From: a virus
Virus record (IMG/VR): IMGVR_UViG_3300045988_098116
Coordinates: 1-64,000 of that record
Reading direction: 5' to 3' (one strand)
Length of the DNA stretch: 64,000 bases
Shown here: piece by piece, positions 49,911 to 59,197 of the stretch
Layout of the letters: each line of letters opens with the position of its first letter
Numbering within the stretch: position 1 is the first letter of the stretch
Notes under the pieces: generated by a model
Databases searched by the model: none
What the model was told of the DNA's origin: nothing
Seen by the model: the letters and a program-made list of their open reading frames with translations, nothing else
Made by a program: the position numbers and the translations under genes

Positions 49911-51230
49911 TTACCACCCCTCCAGTGTGATGTCCGCGCTCACGCTCTTGCCCTTGCAGGCTGCCGTAACCGTCAAAGGCTTTACGCTCCCGCCCCAGCA
50001 GTACACGGTGGCGGTGCTGCCGTCCACCTCTGCGGTGTAGCTGTCCTCCGCCGCCCCGGTGAAGGTCCATTCCACCGCGTCTCCGGTCTCCGCGCCGTTC
50101 TCGGTGTATATGGCCGTCAGCACGGTCTTGCCGTAGGCTTCCAGTCTCTCCACCGGATCCGTCTGCCAGTGTACGCCGCTTACGCTCTCTGCCACCGTCA
50201 CGGCATAGGTGCCGTAGTGCTCCTCGTTCTGCACCAGCACCGCCGTGATGGTGCACTCTCCCTCGCCCACCGCCGTCACGTTTCCCGTGGGGTCCACCCG
50301 GCATACGCTCTCGTCGCTGCTGTACCACAGATAGCGGGTGGGGTGTTCTGTGTCTCCGTCCGCCGCCTCTCCGTTTCGCAGGGATGCGGCGGTAAACTTT
50401 GCCTTTTCTCCCGTGCTCATGGCCGCCCTGCCGCTCACGTTCACCTCCCAGGTGAAGGGATAGGCGTTGGCCACCCGGCGAACCAGGTCGTCCTTCTCCC
50501 TATCCGGCTCCGTCATCCGCGCCGTAAACCGCAGCAGCCGGCAGCTCTCGTCGTCTCCGGTGAACTCCTGCGCCACGTCCGCGTAGCCGGTGATCTGATA
50601 CGCCATCCGCCCCAGGATCAGGCGGCTGTTCACATCCAGGTTTTTCGTTTCGCCGTTGCGCTGTATGGTAATGTTGAAGTACCCCTGCATGATGAGCATG
50701 GTCTCCTGAAAGTCGTTGGCGTTGGCGTTCAGTTTCACGTTTTCCACCACCATCGGTTCCTTCAGCACGTTGCCGTACCAATCCAGATGGTTCCATGTGG
50801 CGTTGCACCGCCTTATGATGCCCCCGCCCACGGCAGAGGATATGTTGGCCGGGTTCGTCACCAGCCATGTGGAGCCCATTGTCTCCATTTTTGCGCCCTC
50901 CGGCACATATTCGATGCGCCGGTTTACAAACAGAACTTCCTTATAGTTGTCTATGGGCCGGTCTATGGCGTTGCCCTTCTTCCGCGCATCGGCAAGGCGT
51001 ACCAGCTGTTCGCTCCACTCGTAGAAGTTGTTGGGGTCGCTGTCCAGCCCCTGCACCCGGCACGCGGTGTAGTCGCTGGCGTATTTGCCGTATGTCTGCA
51101 CGAATCGCGCCGTTGGATCTCCAAAGTAGGGGTTGCGCCTGTCGTTGTACTGTGCGGGGCGGTTGGTGGGTGCCTGCGGTCTCTCCGCCATTGCGGCGAT
51201 ATTGCCAAGATTGTTCTTTACGTCCGCCAT
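49911..51230 (-). CDS. structural protein with C-terminal Ig-like (Big_2-type) domains
   Basis: RYLWYSSDESVCRVDPTGNVTAVGEGECTITAV and a second Ig-like repeat. Confidence 0.65.
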   Translation of the reverse strand: MADVKNNLGNIAAMAERPQAPTNRPAQYNDRRNPYFGDPTARFVQTYGKYASDYTACRVQGLDSDPNNFYEWSEQLVRLADARKKGNAIDRPIDNYKEVLFVNRRIEYVPEGAKMETMGSTWLVTNPANISSAVGGGIIRRCNATWNHLDWYGNVLKEPMVVENVKLNANANDFQETMLIMQGYFNITIQRNGETKNLDVNSRLILGRMAYQITGYADVAQEFTGDDESCRLLRFTARMTEPDREKDDLVRRVANAYPFTWEVNVSGRAAMSTGEKAKFTAASLRNGEAADGDTEHPTRYLWYSSDESVCRVDPTGNVTAVGEGECTITAVLVQNEEHYGTYAVTVAESVSGVHWQTDPVERLEAYGKTVLTAIYTENGAETGDAVEWTFTGAAEDSYTAEVDGSTATVYCWGGSVKPLTVTAACKGKSVSADITLEGW

Positions 51231-51249
51231 CGCCCGTCACCTCCCCGTT

Positions 51250-51972
51250 TCACAGGAACTGGTATCGTCCGTACCCGCCCCGGCCTCTCTGCACCGTGTT
51301 CAGGAACGTACAGTCCTGCTCATACTTGTGCATCTCGTCCATCAGCCTTGCCCGGTTCTTCTCCTGCTTCGCGGCGCCCTCCTTCATATAGGTGCCCTCG
51401 TTCACCGTGTCAAAGCTCGCGTCCTTTATCTTCATTTGGTCGTTCAGCCAGTTGCGGAAGAACCGCTCGTCCCATACGCTTGCCACGCACAGCCCAAGTA
51501 TTCGCTTCTGCTCCATTGTCAGCTCGTGACCAAATTCACCGTCTGTGTAAAAGTCCAGCGTGTAGTTTATTCCCGCCATGTCCTGCATAGGGAACGTCAC
51601 CACGCCTGTTTCGGCGTTGTAGCTCGCCCCGGTGTACGGCACCGCCGTCATGCCGCCCGTCACATCCTGCTCCACAATGGCGCAGGAAAACAGCTCGTAG
51701 CCCACCATTCCGGTGTCCACTTCCGTTTCTCCCACCAGGCTGTCCTCGCTGCTGGTCCAGTAGTAGTCGCCGTAGCTTGGCTGTACCAGCCCCTCACCCA
51801 GATACGCTCTCATCTGCACCGGCAGGGAGAATAGGGGGATGGCGTTCACCATATACAGGCTCATCCTCCGCAGGAACGCCGCCGGGTCGTTGGCTGCCTC
51901 CTCCTGCAAGCGCACGTCGTCTATGGCCACCATCGCGTGGTTCGATATGACCTCGCTCCACTTCGTCCCCAT
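51250..51972 (-). CDS. hypothetical structural protein (240 aa)
   Basis: ORF in the late operon. Confidence 0.6.
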   Translation of the reverse strand: MGTKWSEVISNHAMVAIDDVRLQEEAANDPAAFLRRMSLYMVNAIPLFSLPVQMRAYLGEGLVQPSYGDYYWTSSEDSLVGETEVDTGMVGYELFSCAIVEQDVTGGMTAVPYTGASYNAETGVVTFPMQDMAGINYTLDFYTDGEFGHELTMEQKRILGLCVASVWDERFFRNWLNDQMKIKDASFDTVNEGTYMKEGAAKQEKNRARLMDEMHKYEQDCTFLNTVQRGRGGYGRYQFL

Positions 51973-51984
51973 GTTCTCCCCTCC

Positions 51985-52512
51985 TTATGCCGGAATATAG
52001 ATCGTTATCAGTTCTCCCGCCGTGCCGTCCGTCAGTGCCACGCCGTCCGCGCCGGTCGAATTTCCGCCCAGCCCCTCCACCAGCGGCGCGTTGCTGGGGT
52101 ATGTGCTCCTGCCGGGGTACAGATTGCTGCTGGGCATCAGTCCCGCCTTTTCCGCCTGTGGATACAGGCTTTCCGACGGGTACAGTGTCGCCGAAGGGAA
52201 TAGCCCTTTCGTGATCTTTACAAAGTCTCCCACCTGTACCACGGAGCCGGGAGCCACCCGGTAGGTCGCCTCCCAGTCTCCGTTTCCGTACAGGTACAGG
52301 GCGTAGCCTTCGCCCTCCGCCAGTGGGAAGCGCATCTGCCCGATGTTCGGGTAGGTGGAGTTGTTTATCTTCAACCCCGCTTTCCACTTTTCCAGCGCTC
52401 CGGGCGCACCATTGACTTGCATGAACCGTGCCGCGCCTCCCTCGGCCAGCGGCACCTGCACGACGGAGACGCCCGTATAGGTCACGCCGTTGATCTTTAC
52501 ATCTCTCGCCAT
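51985..52512 (-). CDS. hypothetical structural protein with (S/T)LYP repeats
   Basis: ATLYPSESLYPQAEKAGLMPSSNLYPGRSTYPS. Confidence 0.6.
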   Translation of the reverse strand: MARDVKINGVTYTGVSVVQVPLAEGGAARFMQVNGAPGALEKWKAGLKINNSTYPNIGQMRFPLAEGEGYALYLYGNGDWEATYRVAPGSVVQVGDFVKITKGLFPSATLYPSESLYPQAEKAGLMPSSNLYPGRSTYPSNAPLVEGLGGNSTGADGVALTDGTAGELITIYIPA

Positions 52513-52530
52513 GCGTTTTGTTCCTCTCCG

Positions 52531-52716
52531 TCAGGCTATCGTCATCACGCTGCCCGCCACACTGATCTGCGGCGTTGTCATCGTTCCTACGATGGGTGCC
52601 CCTCTTTTGTCGTGGGCGGTAGCGCCTTTCGCCAGTGTGTTGGCCGTCACGCTGTCCATTGACAGGTCCAGCTTCACCGCGCCGTCCACCACGACCTTGT
52701 TTACGTTTTTCGCCAT
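52531..52716 (-). CDS. small structural protein, paralogous to the N-terminus of 52745-53332
   Basis: MAKNVNKVVVDGAVKLDLSMDSV...KGATAHDKRGAPIVGT aligns with MANQYINKVILNGQVKIDLTADSV...KGITAHDKTGATITGT. Confidence 0.55.
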   Translation of the reverse strand: MAKNVNKVVVDGAVKLDLSMDSVTANTLAKGATAHDKRGAPIVGTMTTPQISVAGSVMTIA

Positions 52717-52744
52717 CGCCCTTTTACCTCGTTTCCTCCGCTTC

Positions 52745-53332
52745 TCAGGCGCCGATGGTCAGCGTCACGCCGCCGGCCTCGTTGTCCGTCTCGCTCACGG
52801 GGATAGCGTTCACCGTCACGCTGGACAGGCAGTTGAACCCCTCGTCGGGCAGGACCTCCTGGCTGGCAAAGGTGGGGGTCACAGTCTTGGCCTGTGCCTT
52901 CATGTCCTCGCTGCCGGACATGGTGCCCTCCACGCCCAGAATAGTCACACCCTCGCGGATGTTGGTGGCGATGAGCTTGGCCTGCTCCGCCTCGGCGATC
53001 TGCACGGTGCCGCTTCCGTCGTGGAAGCCCAGGGGCACGGTATACACCTGCGCCTTGGTGGTGATGCTGCCAGCCACAGCGCCGTTGTTGGGCATCGTAC
53101 CAGTGACCTCCGCGCCCTTCACAAATGCGGTCTTGCCCAGCAGGATCTCCGCAGCGGACGCGGTAGCGCCGGAGGTATCCGCATCAAAGGTACACGTACC
53201 CGTGATGGTCGCACCCGTCTTGTCGTGGGCAGTAATGCCCTTGAGCAGCTTGGCAGGCACCACGCTGTCGGCGGTCAGATCGATTTTTACCTGTCCGTTC
53301 AGAATTACTTTGTTGATGTACTGATTAGCCAT
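52745..53332 (-). CDS. hypothetical structural protein
   Basis: Start at MANQYINK (AGGAGA RBS) preferred over 53341. Confidence 0.6.
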   Translation of the reverse strand: MANQYINKVILNGQVKIDLTADSVVPAKLLKGITAHDKTGATITGTCTFDADTSGATASAAEILLGKTAFVKGAEVTGTMPNNGAVAGSITTKAQVYTVPLGFHDGSGTVQIAEAEQAKLIATNIREGVTILGVEGTMSGSEDMKAQAKTVTPTFASQEVLPDEGFNCLSSVTVNAIPVSETDNEAGGVTLTIGA

Positions 53333-53624
53333 ACTCCACATCTCCTATCGTTAAAGTTTTTCCGCCGGCGGCATTACTGACTTCGTACTGGGGAATTTTC
53401 TTCACCGTCACATCGTCGTTCATGCGTTTGGCTTTTGTATGCAGCACAACAGGCTTGTCCACCTGTGGTGTTACCTCATATTCGCCCTCGTAGGTGGGGA
53501 TGATCTCTCCCCCGGTCTGTATCACTACATCCCGTATTTCTATCTCCACCACGGGCTGCCCCACCGGGGCGGTGCTGGCGTTGGCGTTCTTCTTCTGTTC
53601 CGCCGCGAACTGCTGCAGCGCCAT
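53325..53624 (-). CDS. hypothetical structural protein
   Basis: 99-aa ORF. The C-terminus (GGKTLTIGD) is similar to the ends of neighbouring proteins. Confidence 0.55.
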   Translation of the reverse strand: MALQQFAAEQKKNANASTAPVGQPVVEIEIRDVVIQTGGEIIPTYEGEYEVTPQVDKPVVLHTKAKRMNDDVTVKKIPQYEVSNAAGGKTLTIGDVEYG

Positions 53625-53933
53625 TTACATCACCCCTTTGGACCGGCTTGCGGAGACGTATATGGTCTTGCCCTTTGCCCCCACCACGCTCTCGTCGTTG
53701 AATTTTATCCGCGCCTGCACCGGGGGCGTCCTCCCGGCCTTAAAGGCGAAGGTCTGCTCCTGCGTCAGCGGAAACAGCCACTGTCCGTTCTCCTCGTCGT
53801 AGCGCACCACGCCGGGGTACGTCCTCGTCAGGGTCCCTATGGTGATCTCCAGCCGCAGTACCATCTCCGGCGTTATCAGCAGTTCCCCCTGCCGCAGCAC
53901 GATGGGCAGCGAATAGGCGTCGCCCTGCATCAT
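53625..53933 (-). CDS. hypothetical structural protein
   Basis: 102-aa ORF. Confidence 0.55.
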   Translation of the reverse strand: MMQGDAYSLPIVLRQGELLITPEMVLRLEITIGTLTRTYPGVVRYDEENGQWLFPLTQEQTFAFKAGRTPPVQARIKFNDESVVGAKGKTIYVSASRSKGVM

Positions 53934-53976
53934 GGCCGTTCCCTCCTTCCGCTTTTATGGTCAAGAACTCCCTTTC

Positions 53977-54810
53977 TTACTTGGTGTCCTTTTCGTTCAT
54001 GTCCTCGATAATGGCAATGAAGTCGCCCTTCTCGTGGCCCTTGCGCTTGCTCAGCGCGTTCAGCTTCACCGTGCGCTCCCGCGTCACATACCGGCTGCCC
54101 TGGCGGTAGGCGTCGGCGTACATCTGCGCCGCCATCACCTTGTGCCCCTCGCACAGTGCCGGGTAGATGTTCAGCAGCTGGTCCCCCAGCTCCACCAGCT
54201 TGGCAAAGGCTCTCTTGTCCAGCACCTCACCCGGCTTGTAGTCCACACCCAGCGCCTCGCGCTCCTCGTCCGTCAGGCCGCTTACCACCAGCAGCCACCG
54301 CTGCGCCATGAACCGGCGGTTCATCTCCGTCAATATGCGGCTCAGGTCCGGCTTCGGCACGTAAAAGCTGCCCGTCTTGCCCACGATATTTCCGTACATT
54401 CCGCCGTCGCCGAACTGCACCACGTTGTCGTCCGCCACCGGCGCCATCCACAGGAAATGTACCTGCTCCGCGCTGGTACTCACCTGCACGATCTGCGGCG
54501 CCGTCTGCTGGGGAATGTTTTTCAGCGCCTCCGCCACGGCGGCGGCAGCGGCCTCCTTCATCATCTGCTGCACCTGCTCCGCGGTGTACATCACCGGCGC
54601 GGCGGGCTGTTCCGGATATGCCTTGCCGCCCTCCCTCACATTGGAAGAAGTCGCTTCCTGCGCGTCCTTGCTTTCCGCCGTGTTCGCGTCCGCAGCGTTG
54701 TCCTCCGCTTCCGTGCTCTGCTGGGCCGCCAGCATCACCTGGTCGTTCTCGCTCTCCTCCGCCGCGATCTGCGCGGCCAGTCTGTTTCCGCTTTTTCTCT
54801 GCTTACCCAT
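53977..54810 (-). CDS. hypothetical structural-module protein
   Basis: Start at MGKQRKSG with AAAGGAGCAGAAAGC upstream. Confidence 0.6.
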   Translation of the reverse strand: MGKQRKSGNRLAAQIAAEESENDQVMLAAQQSTEAEDNAADANTAESKDAQEATSSNVREGGKAYPEQPAAPVMYTAEQVQQMMKEAAAAAVAEALKNIPQQTAPQIVQVSTSAEQVHFLWMAPVADDNVVQFGDGGMYGNIVGKTGSFYVPKPDLSRILTEMNRRFMAQRWLLVVSGLTDEEREALGVDYKPGEVLDKRAFAKLVELGDQLLNIYPALCEGHKVMAAQMYADAYRQGSRYVTRERTVKLNALSKRKGHEKGDFIAIIEDMNEKDTK

Positions 54811-54936
54811 GCTTTCTGCTCCTTTCAGATTCCTTTCATGGTCTGTTTCTATCTGCCGCAATGCGTCAAGGCTCCCACCGCTGCCCCGTTTACACGTCGG
54901 CGCATTGCATACCCGCGGCTTCGCCGCACAGCCTTA

Positions 54937-55012
54937 TGGCGGAAACGGCAGGGTTTGAACCTGCGCCCCTCTGATTAACAGTCAGATGCTCTGCCAACTG
55001 AGCTACATTTCC
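54937..55012 (-). tRNA. tRNA-Asn(GTT): tRNA-Asn (anticodon GTT), CCA encoded
   Basis: Minus sense: GGAAATG/CGTTTCC acceptor, GCTC/GAGC D stem, TCTGA-CTGTTAA-TCAGA anticodon arm, GCAGG-TTCAAAC-CCTGC T arm. Confidence 0.85.
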
Positions 55013-55072
55013 GTATGGGGCTTGCGCCCCCATAAACTCCCTTTCGGGCGAAAACGATCCAACGTTTTCATC

Positions 55073-55147
55073 TGGCACGGACGCGAGGACTCGAACCTTG
55101 AACTGCGGTTTTGGAGACCGCCGTTTTCCCGGTTAAACTAAATCCGC
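55073..55147 (-). tRNA. tRNA-Trp(CCA): tRNA-Trp (anticodon CCA), CCA encoded; some stem mismatches
   Basis: Minus sense: GCGGT-CTCCAAA-ACCGC anticodon arm, GTTT/AAAC D stem, TTCGAGT T loop. Acceptor has one mismatch and two G-U pairs. Confidence 0.7.
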
Positions 55148-55153
55148 ATATCC

Positions 55154-55178
55154 GGGGAGGGGCTTTCGCCCCTTCCCC
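55154..55178 (-). terminator. GNRA-capped GC hairpin directly 3' of the capsid gene (stabiliser or attenuator; no T-tract)
   Basis: Minus sense GGGGAAGGGGC-GAAA-GCCCCTCCCC. Confidence 0.4.
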
Positions 55179-55191
55179 AGTGTGGTTTCCC

Positions 55192-56409
55192 TTACACGGT
55201 GAAGTGCGCGATCTTGGACGCGAACGTGGCCACAGAGTCCAGAGCGATGGTCAGGTTCAGGCCGATCTCGAAATCCCCGGTGCGGGTGGGATCCATCTCA
55301 ATAGAGATGGGCGTTCCGCTGGTGTAGCCGATGGTCAGCGGCTTTCTGCCGTTGCCAGCCAGCATCCAGATGTCGTTCTCGCTGAGCATGGTCTCCACGG
55401 TGGTGTTCTGAGTGCCGGGGATGATAACGTCCCGCATGGGCATCAGGCGCACCGCCATGAACTCGCCCAGGTAGCCGGCCTTGGTGTAGTCGGCGCCCAG
55501 CAGCGTGGCGATAGCGGCGTCCATGTTCACGTTGGTGGAGCCGGTCACAGTGTTGGGCAGTACCTTGCTCAGGGCCACGGTGCCGCCGGTGGCAAACACG
55601 TCAGAGATGGTGGTGTTGTTCAGCGCGGCGATCTTGTTGGCGCCCTTCACCCAGTTCTGGTTGTTGAAGGTGAAGTTCAGGTTGGTGGGGATCAGGCTGG
55701 TGTCCTCCGTGGCGGTGGTCATGGCCTCATTCCACATACCCATGGTCTTGGCGTACATACCCGCCACCATGTTGGCGAAGAAAACGCCGAAGTCCATGTT
55801 GGCGCCCACCAGCTGCATCCACTTGGCGGTGATCCAGCAGCTCTTGGGGGTGGGGTTCAGCGTGTAATCGCGGGAATAGAAGCGGTTACGCGGCACGCTG
55901 CGGCTGGCTCCCCAGCTGGAGTCCTGGAAAACGGGGATGTCGTTGCTGCCGATGCTCACGGCGTAGGTCTGGCCCAGCTCGATCTCCACGGTCTCGGCGA
56001 AGTCGCTCAGCGCCTCGGAGTACACGGCGGGCAGAATGGGGATGATGACCTCCTGCCAGATGCCCTGCAGCACGGCGTAGAAACGGGCGTTGCCGTAATA
56101 CTCGCCGCCGTTGCGCTTGAACTCCTCCCAGCTCTCGGGGGCCTTCTTGCCAGTGCTGGCGCAGGCCAGCTTGGCGGCGTACAGCAGGCTCTCCCGCTGG
56201 AACTGCTCGTTCAGCTGCTTGTAGCCCCGGTCGTTCATGGTGCGCTGCACGGGGGTGTTCTGCCCCTTGGCGCTCAGAACGGCCATCTTGCCCTTCAGGG
56301 CGTGTTCATAAAACAGCACGCGGCCCTTGGCCACGATGTCCTCGCGCTGGTCGTTTCCGTTGATGGCGAAAACCTCGTTGGAAACGCTGTTCAGGTTCAG
56401 CTTTGCCAT
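55192..56409 (-). CDS. major capsid protein (putative)
   Basis: 405 aa. Position after the protease/scaffold gene and a small head protein. Followed by a strong hairpin. The opposite-strand ORF 55111-56475 is a shadow. Confidence 0.6.
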   Translation of the reverse strand: MAKLNLNSVSNEVFAINGNDQREDIVAKGRVLFYEHALKGKMAVLSAKGQNTPVQRTMNDRGYKQLNEQFQRESLLYAAKLACASTGKKAPESWEEFKRNGGEYYGNARFYAVLQGIWQEVIIPILPAVYSEALSDFAETVEIELGQTYAVSIGSNDIPVFQDSSWGASRSVPRNRFYSRDYTLNPTPKSCWITAKWMQLVGANMDFGVFFANMVAGMYAKTMGMWNEAMTTATEDTSLIPTNLNFTFNNQNWVKGANKIAALNNTTISDVFATGGTVALSKVLPNTVTGSTNVNMDAAIATLLGADYTKAGYLGEFMAVRLMPMRDVIIPGTQNTTVETMLSENDIWMLAGNGRKPLTIGYTSGTPISIEMDPTRTGDFEIGLNLTIALDSVATFASKIAHFTV

Positions 56410-56432
56410 TTCTTACTCACTCTCCTCTCTTG

Positions 56433-57026
56433 TCACGCGGTCACGGTGCTGACCTTGCAGGCCCACACGTCGTAGTACACGAAGCTCTGCCCGGCGCCCT
56501 CGGTGAAGTTGCCGGTGCCCTTCAGCTTGAAGTAGATGGCGCCGGTAGCAGTGGGGGCGGCAGCGGCGGGCACCAGCAGACCGTTGGCGATGGTGAAGAT
56601 GGTATTCTCGCCGATGGCGGTGCTCAGGTTGCCCTCGCCGAAGCGGTAGGCGTGCTTGCCGTCAAACACGATCTCGGTGAAGGTGCCGTCCCGGCCCGCA
56701 GGAACGCCCAGCCCCAGCGTGGCGGTGCCCACGGCGTAGTTGTTGCCGTTGCGTCCGCCCAGCGTGGGCCACTCGTAGGTGTTGCAGGCGTACACGCCGG
56801 TGTCGGCGTTGGCGGCAGCGCCCGCAGCGTTCATGTAAAAGGCGTTCTCGTTCTTAACGCCCTTGAAGCCCGCACAGGGCAGCTGCTCGCCGCGTACCAC
56901 CAGCAGACCAGCGGAGCAGTCCGCATCCGCATCGGACACCTGATAGCGTCCCGTGATGTTGCACAGTTCGTTGTACTCGTTGTTGGTGATCCGCGGCTCA
57001 AACGCGGTTTTCTCAATGTATGCCAT
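56433..57026 (-). CDS. head-associated protein (decoration or scaffold position)
   Basis: 197-aa ORF between the protease/scaffold and capsid genes. Confidence 0.55.
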   Translation of the reverse strand: MAYIEKTAFEPRITNNEYNELCNITGRYQVSDADADCSAGLLVVRGEQLPCAGFKGVKNENAFYMNAAGAAANADTGVYACNTYEWPTLGGRNGNNYAVGTATLGLGVPAGRDGTFTEIVFDGKHAYRFGEGNLSTAIGENTIFTIANGLLVPAAAAPTATGAIYFKLKGTGNFTEGAGQSFVYYDVWACKVSTVTA

Positions 57027-57049
57027 GTTTGTTCACTCTCCTTTTCGTT

Positions 57050-58444
57050 TTACTTGCCGGCATCGATGCCCCACTTGTTCAGCAGAGCGTCCACACCCTC
57101 GCTTCCCTCGCCGCTGTTGCCGGCGATGTGCTCCCAGGCATAGGTGGTCTTGCGCTTCTGTGCGCTGCGCTTGTCGCTCTCCATCACGGCCTCGCCGCAC
57201 ACGGCCAGCACCGCCTCGCGCACCAGCTTCTCGCCCAGCCACGCACCGTCCTTGTCGCAGCTATTGGCGTACAGTCCGGCCTCGATGTTCTCGTTCACGG
57301 CCTTGATGGCGTCCTCTGCCACCTTTTCCTCGCGGTTGGCGTTGAAGGCGTCCAGCGTTGCCTTGGCGGAAGCCTTGCAGGCACTCAGCCGGCGCTTGCT
57401 CTCCGCCTCCTGCATGGCGCTGATCTGCTCATTGGCGGCTTCCAGCCTGGCGTTCAGGCTCTTCACATCGCCGTCGGTCTCCTTCACGGAGGCCACGGTG
57501 TAGTCCACCACGTCCGCCACATCGGCGTTCAGCTCCACCTCGCCCACGCTCAGCACGATGTGCGCTGCGCAGGGCATGATCTTTCTGGCGATCACCTCTC
57601 CGTTGTCGTCAGCGTTAAAGGTGTAGCCGAAAAGATTGCCGGAAGCGTCCAGCAGTGCCACGTTCAGCCCGTCCTCGCTCATGGAGAGCACCTTGTGGTT
57701 GGGGAACTTGGTCTGCATCTGCTCCATCGCTCTCTTGTTCATGTTGCTTTTCACTCCTTTTTTTGTGTTTTTGTCGGGTTCCTTGCCGTCGCTGCCCTCT
57801 GCGGCTGTGTGCAGCGACGCGGCCCGCAGTTTCAATTCCTTAAATTCCTCCTGCATGGCCGCCAGCTTTGCGATGCTCGCACCCGGTATCGCCGGGTTTA
57901 CCCTGTCGCCCAGAATGGTCACGCCTATGCCCGACCATTTGGTAAACACGTCCACATCGCCCTCTTTGTGGCTCTCCGACACCATCGTCTCGGCGGAAAC
58001 GTCCATCGTGCCCTGTTCCACGATCTTCCGCGTCAGCTCCGGGGCGTAAAAAGCAAATAGCCGTCCCTTCGCTCTGAGCCATGTATGACCGCCCCTCTCC
58101 ACAAGGGTAAAGTCCTTTTCGTCATCGGACAGCGTTCCCACGATGCGCTCCGCCGTCCCCTCCATGAAGGATTGGTACTCCTCCCCGGTCTTGGGATCCC
58201 GGCGCTTGCTCATGTTGTGTCCGTCCCCCACCTGCTGCCCCACATAAGCGATCAGGATGGGCTGCCCGATGAAGGTCTTGTAGTAGTCCCGCAGGTTGCG
58301 GTAGTCCCACTTGTTCCGGTTCTCGCCTTCGCGCATGACCCACAGTTCCACGCCGAACTCATATTCATTCAGCCGCTGCATCACCCGCAGGGTGCCGCTG
58401 GCGCTCACCTTTTTGGGCAGCGCTTTGGTTTTCAGCGTGCTCAT
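57050..58444 (-). CDS. prohead protease-like N-terminal domain fused to a coiled-coil scaffold-like C-terminal region
   Basis: N-terminal ...GQPILIAYV...VSAETMV...GVTILGDRVNPAIPGASI resembles U35/HK97-type proteases. Coiled-coil C-terminal half. Synteny. Confidence 0.5.
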   Translation of the reverse strand: MSTLKTKALPKKVSASGTLRVMQRLNEYEFGVELWVMREGENRNKWDYRNLRDYYKTFIGQPILIAYVGQQVGDGHNMSKRRDPKTGEEYQSFMEGTAERIVGTLSDDEKDFTLVERGGHTWLRAKGRLFAFYAPELTRKIVEQGTMDVSAETMVSESHKEGDVDVFTKWSGIGVTILGDRVNPAIPGASIAKLAAMQEEFKELKLRAASLHTAAEGSDGKEPDKNTKKGVKSNMNKRAMEQMQTKFPNHKVLSMSEDGLNVALLDASGNLFGYTFNADDNGEVIARKIMPCAAHIVLSVGEVELNADVADVVDYTVASVKETDGDVKSLNARLEAANEQISAMQEAESKRRLSACKASAKATLDAFNANREEKVAEDAIKAVNENIEAGLYANSCDKDGAWLGEKLVREAVLAVCGEAVMESDKRSAQKRKTTYAWEHIAGNSGEGSEGVDALLNKWGIDAGK

Positions 58445-58977
58445 TCGTCCTCACCGCCTTCAAACAGTTCTCTGCACCAGCTGTCAAAGGTGGCGCGGCT
58501 CATGCCCCCCTGGTCCCACATGGTCCAGGCATCCAGCAGCTTGCGCCTGTCGTCGGTGTTGGCGATCTGCAGCTCCTCCGCCTTCAGGGAAAGCGCGTTG
58601 AACTCCCCATCCGCCGTGGCGCGGATAAATCCGCCCAGTGCCTCGTTGACACCGTCCACAATGGCCACGCACACTTCGAATACCCGGTCCAGGTCGTTGT
58701 CAAAGTCCTCGTCCAGCTCCGGCGTACCCGGGTACATCAGCCGCAGGTGGTAGTCGTGGGGTATCTCCGCGAACTCGTCTATCCGCTCAGGCTGCTTATG
58801 CTCCAGCTTGTGAATCGCATCCGACAGAAACGGCATACCCATGTCGCACAGCACCCGGTCCTTGATGTCCGCAAACCACTTTTCCGCATTGCCGTATGCC
58901 TCCATCACCCGGCGCATCGGCTCCCGCATAGGTGCGAACCGCGGGTTATCCCAGCTGGCGTATTCCTGTGCTCTCAT
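58441..58977 (-). CDS. hypothetical head-module protein
   Basis: Start at MRAQEYASW with GAGGGAGTGAGGA RBS. The track N-terminal extension crosses a terminator. Confidence 0.55.
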   Translation of the reverse strand: MRAQEYASWDNPRFAPMREPMRRVMEAYGNAEKWFADIKDRVLCDMGMPFLSDAIHKLEHKQPERIDEFAEIPHDYHLRLMYPGTPELDEDFDNDLDRVFEVCVAIVDGVNEALGGFIRATADGEFNALSLKAEELQIANTDDRRKLLDAWTMWDQGGMSRATFDSWCRELFEGGEDE

Positions 58978-59008
58978 GTCCTCACTCCCTCTCTCCGCAA
59001 AATAAAAA

Positions 59009-59055
59009 TGGGGCCGCAGCCGGTGTTCTCCACCGGCGCAGCCCCATTCGGCTTT
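59009..59055 (-). terminator. Strong rho-independent terminator inside the head module
   Basis: Minus sense GGGGCTGCGCCGGTG-GAGAA-CACCGGCTGCGGCCCC followed by ATTTTTATTTT. Confidence 0.7.
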
Positions 59056-59197
59056 CCCCGCAGCCCCTTTGCCGCGGTTATCCACTTTTCACGGCCATTG
59101 TGCCTACCTCAATACCCCGCGCATCCGCGCAAGCCTTCGGTCACAGCAGCCGCATTCTCTGTTTTAATTCCCCACTGTCGCAGGGGCTCTCGCCGCC

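Noticed and set aside
51385-51413. TTGACACGG followed at canonical spacing by TATATG (minus sense) inside gene 51250-51972, considered as an internal promoter or a sixth box copy.
   Set aside because: It lacks the TCCC prefix and lies within coding sequence (codons ..DTVNEGTYM..). A single TTGACA-N17-TATATG match can arise by chance. I kept it only as a low-priority candidate.
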